IMG/VR virus record: IMGVR_UViG_3300021959_007005
DNA length: 64,000 nucleotides
Reading direction: 5' to 3' (one strand)
Source of the DNA: a virus
Lineage: Duplodnaviria; Caudoviricetes
The notes beneath the pieces were generated by a model. The model saw only the letters and a list, made by a program, of their open reading frames with translations, was not told the origin of the DNA and searched no databases. Below, in pieces: positions 21,501-30,768 of this stretch (within the stretch, counting starts at the first letter, position 1; each line of letters opens with the position of its first letter). Both the position numbers and the translations under genes were made by a program.

Positions 21501-24500
21501 ATCATATTTGCGATCAATATTATCATAATATCCAACTGGACCATCAGCAATGCTGATTGTGCTAGTACTAGGCATTAACACACTTGATTCATTTAATATT
21601 GCAGTATCAGCCCATTGTAGGAAGTTGCTTGCCATTGCATCCCAAGTTTCCTGCCACCCCTGTTGCCTTGCATATTCGCCATAACCACGTATTACGTCAT
21701 AAACCGCTTGCTCACTTAAAAGAACAGTGTTATAAGATAGTGAGTGTAAAGTTTGCCCAAAGTTTAAATATTTTGTAACACTGAACTTATCACTTACTAC
21801 TGTAGTACTTGTACCGCCTTCATTTGTAGCGTAATACTTGAATGATCCGTCACTATTGTCAAATCCAGATATACTATAACCAGTACTTACTTTTTTAACT
21901 TTAACGCCACCAATAAAAAGTTCTTTATTGGGCTTAGTAGTATAAAAAATAGTGTTATAATTTTCTTCTGGTAATGCAACTTTTCCTTTATCTTGGCTAC
22001 TTTCCAAGATAAAGTTTTGATTATTTGTGTTAACAAATCCTCCTGCTCTAACAATTGGATTGTATTGTAAGTTTTTAAATCTGGTTGTTAATTCAGTAGC
22101 ATTGGATTTATTGTTTGTTACATAATCAACAATACTGTTACTCAACCCTGATACATATTTTCTAGCATCTTTGGATAAATTTACTTCAAGAGTTGCATTT
22201 CCACTAGAGATGGTTACTGTTGGTTTACTATAATAATTTTCTCCAGGGGTTAATACTGATACTCCAGTAACAGATCCGGAACCAACTGATCCTAAAAGTT
22301 GTCCACCAAAACCAAAATTATCATATACTGTAAGTGTAGGTACTGTAGAGTATCCAGTTCCACCATCAGTTACGGTTACACTTTCAATTATACTACCTGG
22401 ATATATTGTGTTACTAAGTTCTATCTGCCTGTTATTACCAAGCTGTTTTTTATTATCATTATAATAAATTGACGAATAGTATTGGTATCCTGTAGTTTTC
22501 TTTCTAGTTAAACTATTGAAGTATGTATTTAAGATCCAATTTGGTCTTAGTTTCATAAGACCAAATATCAGTGAAAATTTATATTCACTACTTGCACGCC
22601 AATCAGCTTCTACTGGTCCCCAATCACCAAATACAAAATCTTTACTTGCATTTACTGGTGTAGGCGCTGTTACTATTCCTGCAGTAACTGGATCATTTAA
22701 TACTCCACCTGTTGTTACTAAAGTATCAACCATCCACTGGTATTCACTATATGTATAATTATCATCATATACTGGTGTTAGTGACGGATCAGACACTTTG
22801 CCCCATCTTAATGCAGTATTTAATGCTATACGTTTGAATGCATCAGTCCAACTATAATATGTATCCCACCAAGTTGGTTTTATGTTATGTCCTAACATTT
22901 CCCAAGGATGCGTATGTGGTCTATCTGTATTAAAATAATATGTATATAACCCTCTCCAGCCGCCAATTCCTGGTCCTACACTACTGTAATTCCATGTAAA
23001 TTTATCAGTACCGTCATAATACAGAACACGATTTAGTGTTGTAACATTGTTGCGAAGTTTCCAACTATTAAATTCACTTGCTAGACTATTATTCAAATCA
23101 TTCCATGTATATGCAAGTGTTTTATGAGATGTAGGCATAATTTCAGTATATGATGTAACTGTATTCAATGAGGCGTTTAAGTTATTACTAATTCTATTTT
23201 CCAAATCCCATAATGCTGCATCCTCTATACTAAATCCAGCAATGGACTTATTAAACATCTCGGTACCTTTACGATAGTGTACACTACCATCGTGTCCAGT
23301 AATAACTGCATCTGTTGCTGTACCTGTACTAGTAAATGCATAATTATTTGCTATCTCTGGAGCATATGGCTTTACCAATCCTAATTTTACTGCACTAGGG
23401 GGAATATAGCTAACACTATCTTGTGGGTACCATCTTATATGAGCGTATGCAAGTCCACTTGAATCAAATGTTACTACAGGATGTATATTAATTGTATTAA
23501 TTGTTAGTGTGTATTCATGTGATTGTAATGGTCGCCAAATTGGTTCATTATTAGCGTCTAAACTGTTAATCCAAACTTGTATATGGTTTTTTGTATCGCC
23601 ATAGGTGTTAACTACTTTAGGTAAATCAAATAGTTGCGGCATTGATGCTGTCCAACTGTAATCCTGGCTTTCAAAATCTTTATACATAGCCATATTACTA
23701 TTATTAAATTCGCTGTCTGTATTCTTACCTAAGTTAATAGACGCTAGTGCAGCATCTACAATTTCATGTACTGGAGTTTCTAATGGGCTATTATTGTATA
23801 TTTGAACAACTTTTTGTAAAAATTGTGCTTTAAATCTTCTATAGCTCTGTGTACTGTATCTTATTGAACTATAAGGGTCAGTGTCTGGATCTGACAATAA
23901 TTGTCCCAGAACTTCTGTACTGAACGGCTGTTGTCTGATAGTTCCACCAAATTCATGCAGTTGTGTCATAGTATGATAATTATTTTCACCAAATAAAGTT
24001 GTTTGGTGTTTTGGTGTGCTGTCTAATTGGTGCTGCATATGTGTCATAAGATCAGCATAGCTACTAGTTTTAAGAGTATCATTTTGTGGATTAAGTATAT
24101 GAGAATCAGCTGGTAAAAAATCACCTTCAGCATCTGCACTTAATTGACTATTACTATGATAAGTTACATCAAAAACATCGTCAATTGCTGATGTATTGAT
24201 AGTAATAACTCCATTAGCATATGTATAATTTGTAAACTCAACATTATTTTTTAACACTTGAATATTAGTATTGTTTGTGTTATCTGTTACGTACACTATA
24301 CCATAAATGTTAGGGTTAGTTACATTTCTATATTTGAATGCAACTTTATTGGCAGCGCCAGCAGCAACATTTATTGTAAATTTATCGTTAGTGCCGTTTG
24401 CACCTCGAGTAATTCCACTAAATGCCGTTCCATCTAAATTAACAAACTCAATTGCATTGGGATTAAATTTACAATGTACAGTATAGTCTACACCTTGATC

Positions 24501-26831
24501 CATAAACAAATGTGGATTTCCGCCGTTTGTACCTTCTACATAATAATTGTTATTTACAATACTAAAGTCAAAAGTGTTGTCCATACCAACATCAGTTGTT
24601 CCTAATGTAAATGTTACTGGTGTGGTGTTATCTGTTACTATTTTTTGTATATGTCTACGTACTGGCTGTTTATCTCTACTAACCACCCATCCATTATGAT
24701 ATTCACTACTTTCTATATTTTTATAGTAGTAGTAACCTGGGATTTCTTGTAAATTAGTTTGGTCTTGTGGTGTATTAATACTATTGTAGTTATATCTAAT
24801 AGAACCTAATCCAAAATCAAAACTCAGTCCTGGTGTGTTACCATAGTCTATATATCTTGGGCTAAATTGTAATGCTGTGTCTAGTTTACTTGCACTGTTT
24901 CTTCCATAGTCAAAAATCTTATCACCAACAAATGTGCTATTAGGATACACAGATGCATCTTCCAATGGAGTGAGATCAATATCATAAAGACTAAACAGTA
25001 TATTAGAACTTAACCCCATTTTCTGCTGACTGTAAATCCATGAACTTCCATTCCAATGCCATTCACTCCCACTTCTTGGCGCTATTATGTCATTGGTTTG
25101 TAGTTGTGCATTATTATACCCATGTATTACACTAATCTTAGTACCAACAGTACTTGGAGTATGTACTAGTGCTAAATTTATACTAGACCCAACTCCACTT
25201 ACTGTGTAAATTTTATTATTAAATGTTGCGTTTGTACTATTCAAGAATAGAACAGTGTCGCCGTCTACCAATGGTGATATTTCAACTCTATCCCAATATG
25301 CGGTCTGTGCTTTGTTTAGATTTTTCGGATCCAATGGATCCTTGGCAATGCCATGTGCCTTTACACATTCATAATAATTTGAAACACCAAGGATAGATAT
25401 TTTTACTACTTCACCAACATTATAACCTTTGTATGCATCCCATGCGGTTGCTGTACTGGTATCAAAGTGATTCCATGAGGTCTGTCCAATAATTGCAGTT
25501 GCAGGATCAACACTTTCCTCAATTAAGTGGGTAACATATAATGATGAATTATCTGTTGCATCATAATTAGATAGCCCAGCATTGTATTTTTCAATATTTT
25601 TTCTAAATTCAATAATAGGGCGTACTGCTCTGAACGTATCAACTATCCAATCTTCATAAGTTTTTCCTTGATAAGTTAATACCGCTTGCGCTGCTTTCTC
25701 ATGTATCCATAAGTTACTTCTTGACCATGCACTTTGATCTTGACTGATTCTAGACTCAATAATATAATCTCTAGAATAGTTCCTAGTTTCACTATCTAGT
25801 GTTGAATCAAAATCCCAAGTTGTTGATGTTTCAGTAAATCCTTCTTGTGATTGTGTTGCGAATATTGTACTATTAAGCCAAGTTCTTTTATCATATACAT
25901 TATTAGCTGGCCCTATTGCATATTGTTTAGTTAGTTTAATATTATCACCAACTCCGTCAACAATATAAATGTCATCTACATTAAATGCACCACTTGTACT
26001 ATGTGAATAATAAGTTTTTATTATAATTTCATCACTAATGTTTGGCGCAGTATTAAAAGTTAAAATTCCAGTAGTTGGATCATATACATAGCTTCCAGGA
26101 AGAACACGAGTGTTATTTTTATATACTTTAACTACTGTAGCATTATTTGATGTTGAATTAAATGTTACGTTACCAACAACACTTTGTGTAAATGTTTCAG
26201 TACTAGATGGTGTGAATCGAATACGCATACCATTTTGTAATGCTAACGTCTTTCCACCATTTAGTGTTGGTGTAGTATAGTATGGACCATTATTAGCAAT
26301 ATCATCTATATCAATTGTGTTCGCTAAAGTTGCAGGAATATCACATGGTGGTAGTATATCAACTAACCAAAAATATCTATGATAATTGATAAACATATCA
26401 TAGTTAACAGGCAAGTCCAAGGTATAACCATTTTCACCTAAACTTATGTTTTGTTGATTAGTTTCCGCTTCGTTAAACTTTAATGCAGAAATCATATCAG
26501 CATATGATAGCGCACTTGTAATATTGTTATTATTGTCTCTGTTTACTATTCCTGGAACAAATTGATGACTGTCAACTGGTCGGTTACTTTCAAAATAACT
26601 GTCACTTGCAATTTTTTTATTATACGTCCCACCTACCACATTATTAATTGCCTGTAGACTACCACTACTCATTAATTGTTCTAATGTACTATCTAAGAAT
26701 CGACCATTAATTGCTGTTTGAAAGATATTTGGAAGTAGCTCTTTTACAGAACGTGTTCCTATATAATCTACACTCTCACCAGGACGGGTGATAAGAGGGG
26801 CAATTATCGGGTTTGTTGTGCGGTCATTCAT
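15594..26831 (-). CDS. Giant (3745 aa) virion structural protein, probable baseplate wedge (gp7-like position) with carbohydrate-binding-like modules
   Basis: Uninterrupted 11.2-kb ORF directly after gp6. It has three W-x5-Y-x2-(N/G)(D/E)-x-V modules, a VTVTDGGTGYS repeat and repeated IxxIN-x3-I-x-x-ITA segments. Confidence 0.7.
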   Translation of the reverse strand: MNDRTTNPIIAPLITRPGESVDYIGTRSVKELLPNIFQTAINGRFLDSTLEQLMSSGSLQAINNVVGGTYNKKIASDSYFESNRPVDSHQFVPGIVNRDNNNNITSALSYADMISALKFNEAETNQQNISLGENGYTLDLPVNYDMFINYHRYFWLVDILPPCDIPATLANTIDIDDIANNGPYYTTPTLNGGKTLALQNGMRIRFTPSSTETFTQSVVGNVTFNSTSNNATVVKVYKNNTRVLPGSYVYDPTTGILTFNTAPNISDEIIIKTYYSHSTSGAFNVDDIYIVDGVGDNIKLTKQYAIGPANNVYDKRTWLNSTIFATQSQEGFTETSTTWDFDSTLDSETRNYSRDYIIESRISQDQSAWSRSNLWIHEKAAQAVLTYQGKTYEDWIVDTFRAVRPIIEFRKNIEKYNAGLSNYDATDNSSLYVTHLIEESVDPATAIIGQTSWNHFDTSTATAWDAYKGYNVGEVVKISILGVSNYYECVKAHGIAKDPLDPKNLNKAQTAYWDRVEISPLVDGDTVLFLNSTNATFNNKIYTVSGVGSSINLALVHTPSTVGTKISVIHGYNNAQLQTNDIIAPRSGSEWHWNGSSWIYSQQKMGLSSNILFSLYDIDLTPLEDASVYPNSTFVGDKIFDYGRNSASKLDTALQFSPRYIDYGNTPGLSFDFGLGSIRYNYNSINTPQDQTNLQEIPGYYYYKNIESSEYHNGWVVSRDKQPVRRHIQKIVTDNTTPVTFTLGTTDVGMDNTFDFSIVNNNYYVEGTNGGNPHLFMDQGVDYTVHCKFNPNAIEFVNLDGTAFSGITRGANGTNDKFTINVAAGAANKVAFKYRNVTNPNIYGIVYVTDNTNNTNIQVLKNNVEFTNYTYANGVITINTSAIDDVFDVTYHSNSQLSADAEGDFLPADSHILNPQNDTLKTSSYADLMTHMQHQLDSTPKHQTTLFGENNYHTMTQLHEFGGTIRQQPFSTEVLGQLLSDPDTDPYSSIRYSTQSYRRFKAQFLQKVVQIYNNSPLETPVHEIVDAALASINLGKNTDSEFNNSNMAMYKDFESQDYSWTASMPQLFDLPKVVNTYGDTKNHIQVWINSLDANNEPIWRPLQSHEYTLTINTINIHPVVTFDSSGLAYAHIRWYPQDSVSYIPPSAVKLGLVKPYAPEIANNYAFTSTGTATDAVITGHDGSVHYRKGTEMFNKSIAGFSIEDAALWDLENRISNNLNASLNTVTSYTEIMPTSHKTLAYTWNDLNNSLASEFNSWKLRNNVTTLNRVLYYDGTDKFTWNYSSVGPGIGGWRGLYTYYFNTDRPHTHPWEMLGHNIKPTWWDTYYSWTDAFKRIALNTALRWGKVSDPSLTPVYDDNYTYSEYQWMVDTLVTTGGVLNDPVTAGIVTAPTPVNASKDFVFGDWGPVEADWRASSEYKFSLIFGLMKLRPNWILNTYFNSLTRKKTTGYQYYSSIYYNDNKKQLGNNRQIELSNTIYPGSIIESVTVTDGGTGYSTVPTLTVYDNFGFGGQLLGSVGSGSVTGVSVLTPGENYYSKPTVTISSGNATLEVNLSKDARKYVSGLSNSIVDYVTNNKSNATELTTRFKNLQYNPIVRAGGFVNTNNQNFILESSQDKGKVALPEENYNTIFYTTKPNKELFIGGVKVKKVSTGYSISGFDNSDGSFKYYATNEGGTSTTVVSDKFSVTKYLNFGQTLHSLSYNTVLLSEQAVYDVIRGYGEYARQQGWQETWDAMASNFLQWADTAILNESSVLMPSTSTISIADGPVGYYDNIDRKYDGVYNLIDPYGKQISSSEIYIVREFDKGEDAITTISVKDPDKTFIAGIRLYKVELEHAIVFDNSTNFDDVIYNPALGQRHTRIKWRGSKTKNWNGKLYAPGYIITDNTIVDNLDTSAREMDQYYGRGNTINNQQIVDVARFNVGYNKPEWSSKLDIDDDTLYEFIKGTRKYRGTRLALDAFMKNKSLFDGDATANIHEEWAIRTADYGDTRSRDTIEFQITPDLLTTSPQAVRFSAEEVNDVLTDVVIDVDHNSPLLVTGTPGDNFTTRLPRILESGDTISYEETYANDFITAGLPLTSEVDYRVINRDDLATFPLETKTDYNFSGEWQDIYAWNNRTSYKFNDKILHQGKTWQMVDIDGSSGLTTPNDPIEVIGSITLPNVASNLSNTLILDNISIPLTRTATSTVQGVIQKIGGNDLVSSNVVTHGSSLILGTTSATAQTIVFSNVVNTTTFNDIVINGTTTNPTINGSAAKTLIIDGNTIPFNETQNNTANITASVAYSNAFSTAGISHSSTNRIAALEALRSAYVAVNGAAAWASFMSTYCTSAGQLNISQLLVEYNAAPAYQSQLAALITDDVAIINLLNGSPYTASAVLAGTQIITPAHISGSQAAIANGQYMLGFKTYLTNSANASSVITPSTIVTTETTSGFKVYTLSDIINRITSIGIANITVQNSSNRLRITKTTSTPGVAFDLIIGSGTANGDVGIPADTTSATSSVASSTPNLTIAQVVDQINAASITSITAQINSSNTNLLQINCNAATLFIGGGTSNSVIGLTTGVILAGTTTTETDVNLDITSIIGKINSKGITGVTASNSNNRLKITSTNPILIIGAGTSNSSVGLTALTYSATQSTVSNVFEAIVNNNVVFQQMTYDPNLFSIWVADNSFQGNFNRGYAVYQTMDFGMYAHRICAGITEADDAEIILANSQAHNVLVGDYVLIRGSNSKPNIDGIHKVTKVDTSSSNKFYIDEYIETEATEGNVYPLKNVTFKDKATLDTEYNTKVLKGTPNSGGAYKFNFSGYRQNNQQTPIYAYVNDDNTGTPTVYKWTGTFSNTVGHTNGEWLAIRSMPNQARNDLIENVKIYDAKSQTTITTIETFDPAKGIIPGFIKNEIDFIVSSDIATYNHTTIDGQLDEARCWGATNVGQRWWDINSAIYLNYEQGSIDYQQSNWGRLFDGASIDIYEWTRSPVLPEQWEQFVSFGNLVDGKPASGEAYSVMLDGEQLYYWAEQTYYNNKSNESETFYYFWVKNKTSYSGQRNYNTYQLARLMENPSGFDLSWCAASSSNLLFINNVDNYVNKNSVIQVNQIYDSNALPLNEWTLLSDGDIDSVIPEQLHIKMRDSLSGFNNYQERVVYTAWNASTTYRINDVVTDGGKYYVSTFPARMFGQAVIPDNINQQPSLDSAMTYWAEIQEYTLPAETETDDINVWRGQMVPDLNLHEFNRYGQSIRPVQSLYRNLVDARHNFVYSLNKLLAETPIVSDTSNWQNTFDHTFTNANVTYSVNKYWNWVDWSRTDYDSNGNITYQFNKNTTPTYTYNSIQDYYDSVGVVTPLNGQYMLIKNVPGPDSKNRNEMYVYNNGWTMCWKKLGTIEVSEELWNQSKFGHGFDAAGFDIVPFDSDSSVVISELFDLIRTRLFIGKHQVKYNKLWFDMLNEAITQNTTDDFAFKTTYVKLQVNRPLSLTQTNYANYDVSVVEDFINDIKPFHTKLRTGMESTTHAEAVGIQTTEQSRNSVITMKYEDHSGRSWEGDTTLSGGTFTNLLDNVDAITFTTLDGDIEYVYNGNNFDQAAYEGWGEELYPTDFTENISITVQTNSSGSTYDGNSRAFRMSIYQPNDVQISNVIDDAQKTSLSSSVTATDTTIPATSLALFDNPTTDPGVVYINGERIEYSAIDNNNLLYCIRGTLGTSAKAHTNGSTIIHSGPSTRIPTLEKFSHYGDNLRMAYNDSGTSLSATGISPEHAFIRSAGPGSI

Positions 26832-29800
26832 GTGATGCTAACTCCAGTATTTGCAGCAATTGTAGTAGCATTATTACTAACACTATTACTAATAGTTATA
26901 TTCCCAGTGGTTAGCACTGGTAAAAATAACTCGTCACTATCTGATATTATTTCAAACAGTTCTGTTGTTTCAGCTTGTGCTGAAACTGGACTAATTGTAA
27001 CTTGACTAATTTGTCCTATCATATTATTATGAATAAACGCAGCTAGTTCTGTAAAATAAAATGTTTCACCAAAGTCCCAGTTGTCAATTGCAAAATATTC
27101 AGTGATTAATTTGATTACTTGTTGTTTAACTTCAGTATCGCTCATTGTGGCGGTACTAGTACGACTAACATTAAATTTAGCTTGAAGTTCACTACTAGCC
27201 AAATCACCAAATAATATTTTATATTTTACTGGCCGATATATAATCTGATCACTTATACTTTTTTTGTTTTCTAAACTCTGAAACATTTCTCCTAGTTCAG
27301 TAACAGTTGGATTATTTGGCTTTGTTTGTGGCAATCCATCATATAATGCCCATGCTCTATATAAATTATCGTAACTTGACAATAGTACATACGTATCTAT
27401 AATATTTGTAGTACTTGGATCAATTACTTGATTTACATCAGCTATTCTACTATACTTTGATCTAAGATTACTTCTGCCAATAACCGCAGTATTTCCTGCA
27501 CTGTTTTCATTATCATAAACAGTAAAGTTGTAACCATTTTCACGTATAGTTTTTAGTTTGATTGTCCCGTTATTAATAATTCTGTTAAATGATTCTGGAT
27601 CATTAGGGAACCCATCTTTATTTGGATCACTAATTGATACTCTAATTTTATGAGGATCAGTGTATCCATCAGCATATGTAAAGTAACCTACTACATTAAA
27701 GTCATAATTTTTACCTAAGGGCACACTACTAGATGTACTCTCTGCATTTATGTCTAATACTCTAAGACTATCTCTTAGTGGCTTTAGGGTATCACTACTA
27801 AATGATTCTTCAAAATTTAGGTTATTAAATCTAACAGTTTGATCACTTCCGTAAATATATCGAGTTTTTCTTGTAAGTATTTCCCATTGTGAACTACTAT
27901 AGTTAACTCGTAATATCCAACTTTGATCAGCACCTGTGCTAGTATTATCACCTTCGTATGATCTGCTCCAATTACTAGCTAAGTTATTAGTTGTACTACT
28001 AGTTGGTAAATTTGCGCTTTCTACAATAACCCATTCTTGGTTTGTTGCATCATATCTCAAACCAAAACTATTGTTTGCATCTAATTTACTAATTAAATTA
28101 CTTTTTACTGTTTTAGTTGTGTCATTTACCCAACTTGGAACAATACGATTAATTCTAGCACCTGTTGGTATTACAGCGTCTAATGATATTGCGCCTTTGC
28201 CTGATGCATCATCACCAGTTGGTGTTCCGTCAGATGCGTCAATACCAAGTCCATCTTTATAGATATTGGTTACTCTTGCCCATTTAGTATCTGCGCTTGC
28301 TATTGTACATTTTGCTATAGCACCAGTACCACCACCGCCAGTAAAACTTATACTAGTAGCATCTGTATAATTTACACCACTATTACTAATTGTTACACTA
28401 ACAACAACACCTGCATTGATGTTTGCAATTGCAGATGCATCTGCACCGCTACCACCAATTACGACTGTAGGAGGGGTTGTATATCCACTTCCACCTGCTG
28501 TTACACTAATTGTATTAATATAACCACTTTTAAATGGAGTAGTAATAAATTCTACTAAACTGTTTTTTTGTATTTTTTTCATTGGGTCAGCTGCTAGCTT
28601 GCCAACTCTTTGTACTGGCGTATTAAATGTAATATATCCAGTACTTGTATTGCTTGCGCTTGTTGACTGATTCCAACGATATGTATTTGTTATTGATCCG
28701 TCTATTGTAAAACTTGTAATGCCAGCCGTAGTATCTGTATAATGTAATTCGGCGGTTGCTGCTGGTAATCCACTATAATAATGTTTATTATAGAAAAAAT
28801 TCTTTACTTCTGGATTGTCAAGTATAGGTTTTAAAAATCTTTGATATAATTGTTCACTGTTATATCTACTAGGCAATGCAACAATATTTCGAGTAGTTAT
28901 ATCCTCTTGATACAAGTATCCATCATCCATGAACTGCACGGCATCAGTATAAGTTGCTGTTGGGTCATACAAATCACGATATCTACTATGCCCACTGTGT
29001 ACACGGTTAATGCTTTTGATCTTACGAATGTTTTCGCTAACTGTTAATGGAAAAATACTATAGTCGTCTGCTGTAACCATTCTATCTTGTGTAGCAAAAA
29101 ATCTACTTGCATTGACTTTAATACTATTGAGGCTTTCACGCTCACTTGCATTAGTAACATTTGACTTTAAGCTGCACCCCAATGATGCTTCATATGTATT
29201 TCCATCTTCGCCAACATAACTAAATTTATATGTTGTACCGCTAAAATTATTAGAGTTTAACGTATATGTTTGATTAAGTCCAGTTCTATACCATACTCTA
29301 ACAATGCCACGTGGAATATTACCAAACGCACCATCACCAAATACAATACTAACTTGATCATCTTCTCTGCTAGTAACTGTGTAAATATTTTTGTTACCAT
29401 TACTGATCGCATTAAAAATACTACTACTACCAAATTGTCTATCTATTCGTGTCCAATTAGCTTGAACTTGGCCTACTTCGTCAACTGTTTGTACCCAAAT
29501 ATTGCCATTTGCAATATTGTTTACATTAATATCAAGTACCATATTAGGTAAGCCATTTTGTATTGAGAAATCTTTATTCTCTAACGTACCCTGTTTAAAT
29601 CCTACAAAAAATCCAGTGTTTGGACTACTAAATCCACTGTTATCATTTCTATAAACCATATCAAAAACACCATAAGGGTCAGGAGATTTTTCTTGCAATA
29701 CGTTTTCTGTTTGATTATAAGCAATACTGTGTATACCAAATGCTTCACTAACTCCGTTAATATTTCCTCTAAATAAATTACTAACTGTTGTATTAACACT

Positions 29801-30370
29801 ATTTGTTCTATATACTTCGTTTATGATACCATTTTTTGTAAATCTGGCAAATGGCGATCCAAACTTATTGCTTGATTGTAATATAGAGTTTAATACTGTT
29901 AAAAAGTTTTGATAAGCATCTGGATCGGTAACATCATCAAATTGTAATGTTGTGTTAGCAAGGCTACCGCCATCTACATCATATACTGTCTGTGATGTTC
30001 TTATACTGTTTATTTTTAATAGTCCACTTGCCACAACATTTCTAGTAGGAGTATAACCTAAAAATTCAGCAATACGTAAGGCGCTTTCTCTGCGTTCTGC
30101 TGTACTTAAATAATTCTCTCTACTTGCTAAGTCACTTCTAAATGCTAAGTTATGTCCAAGAAATGCCATAAGTTCAATTAAACTTACAAATTCACTTGAA
30201 CTAATCCAATCATTAAAATTTTCTGGATAGTTGGTAGTAATATATTCTACCATTGCGTTTCTAATTGTTTCAAAATCGTATGCTTGAAAGTTTGCTTGTG
30301 CAAAACTTTCATATACTACACTAAAATCTTCCGCAGCAAATAAACTGCTCTGTCTTGCGCCCTGTGCCAT
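26828..30370 (-). CDS. gp6: Baseplate wedge subunit, T4 gp6-like
   Basis: DFETIRNAM...SSEFVSLIELMAFLGHNLAFRSDLASRENYLSTAERRESALRIAEFLGY and QDRMVTADDY motifs. Confidence 0.88.
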   Translation of the reverse strand: MAQGARQSSLFAAEDFSVVYESFAQANFQAYDFETIRNAMVEYITTNYPENFNDWISSSEFVSLIELMAFLGHNLAFRSDLASRENYLSTAERRESALRIAEFLGYTPTRNVVASGLLKINSIRTSQTVYDVDGGSLANTTLQFDDVTDPDAYQNFLTVLNSILQSSNKFGSPFARFTKNGIINEVYRTNSVNTTVSNLFRGNINGVSEAFGIHSIAYNQTENVLQEKSPDPYGVFDMVYRNDNSGFSSPNTGFFVGFKQGTLENKDFSIQNGLPNMVLDINVNNIANGNIWVQTVDEVGQVQANWTRIDRQFGSSSIFNAISNGNKNIYTVTSREDDQVSIVFGDGAFGNIPRGIVRVWYRTGLNQTYTLNSNNFSGTTYKFSYVGEDGNTYEASLGCSLKSNVTNASERESLNSIKVNASRFFATQDRMVTADDYSIFPLTVSENIRKIKSINRVHSGHSRYRDLYDPTATYTDAVQFMDDGYLYQEDITTRNIVALPSRYNSEQLYQRFLKPILDNPEVKNFFYNKHYYSGLPAATAELHYTDTTAGITSFTIDGSITNTYRWNQSTSASNTSTGYITFNTPVQRVGKLAADPMKKIQKNSLVEFITTPFKSGYINTISVTAGGSGYTTPPTVVIGGSGADASAIANINAGVVVSVTISNSGVNYTDATSISFTGGGGTGAIAKCTIASADTKWARVTNIYKDGLGIDASDGTPTGDDASGKGAISLDAVIPTGARINRIVPSWVNDTTKTVKSNLISKLDANNSFGLRYDATNQEWVIVESANLPTSSTTNNLASNWSRSYEGDNTSTGADQSWILRVNYSSSQWEILTRKTRYIYGSDQTVRFNNLNFEESFSSDTLKPLRDSLRVLDINAESTSSSVPLGKNYDFNVVGYFTYADGYTDPHKIRVSISDPNKDGFPNDPESFNRIINNGTIKLKTIRENGYNFTVYDNENSAGNTAVIGRSNLRSKYSRIADVNQVIDPSTTNIIDTYVLLSSYDNLYRAWALYDGLPQTKPNNPTVTELGEMFQSLENKKSISDQIIYRPVKYKILFGDLASSELQAKFNVSRTSTATMSDTEVKQQVIKLITEYFAIDNWDFGETFYFTELAAFIHNNMIGQISQVTISPVSAQAETTELFEIISDSDELFLPVLTTGNITISNSVSNNATTIAANTGVSIT

Positions 30371-30735
30371 TATTCTATCTCACCTACAAAATTTAAGTAT
30401 AGCTCTTCGGCTGTACCTGTTGAAATGTATTCTAATCTAACCTGTATTCTCAACGTATGATCATCAGGTTTAGTAACTAACGTTTCTAGCGGTTTCCATC
30501 GTGGATCACTATTAACAATTCTCTCAACATCTTCATGAACTGCTTCTTCTGTCATACTATCAAGTGGATCAAAAACTAGATCCCACACTATGCTTCCAAA
30601 CTCAGGATTCATAACTCGCTCGCCTTTTCGTGTATAAAAATGATTCATAAGATCACGTTTTGCCAGCTCTGAGTCTGTCAGTGTTCTACTTGAGAATGTA
30701 CTATTGAGTGTACTATATCCGTAATACGTTGCCAT
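30370..30735 (-). CDS. gp25: Baseplate wedge subunit gp25-like
   Basis: DLMNHFYTRKGERVMNPEFGS motif; 121 aa; adjacent to gp6. Confidence 0.9.
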   Translation of the reverse strand: MATYYGYSTLNSTFSSRTLTDSELAKRDLMNHFYTRKGERVMNPEFGSIVWDLVFDPLDSMTEEAVHEDVERIVNSDPRWKPLETLVTKPDDHTLRIQVRLEYISTGTAEELYLNFVGEIE

Positions 30736-30740
30736 GCAAG

Positions 30741-30747
30741 TATTTAG
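30741..30747 (-). promoter_or_regulatory. Late-type promoter CTAAATA, 5 nt upstream of the gp25 ATG
   Basis: TAAATA box in the short intergenic gap. Confidence 0.5.
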
Positions 30748-30768
30748 TGCAGAATTAACCGGGTATTT

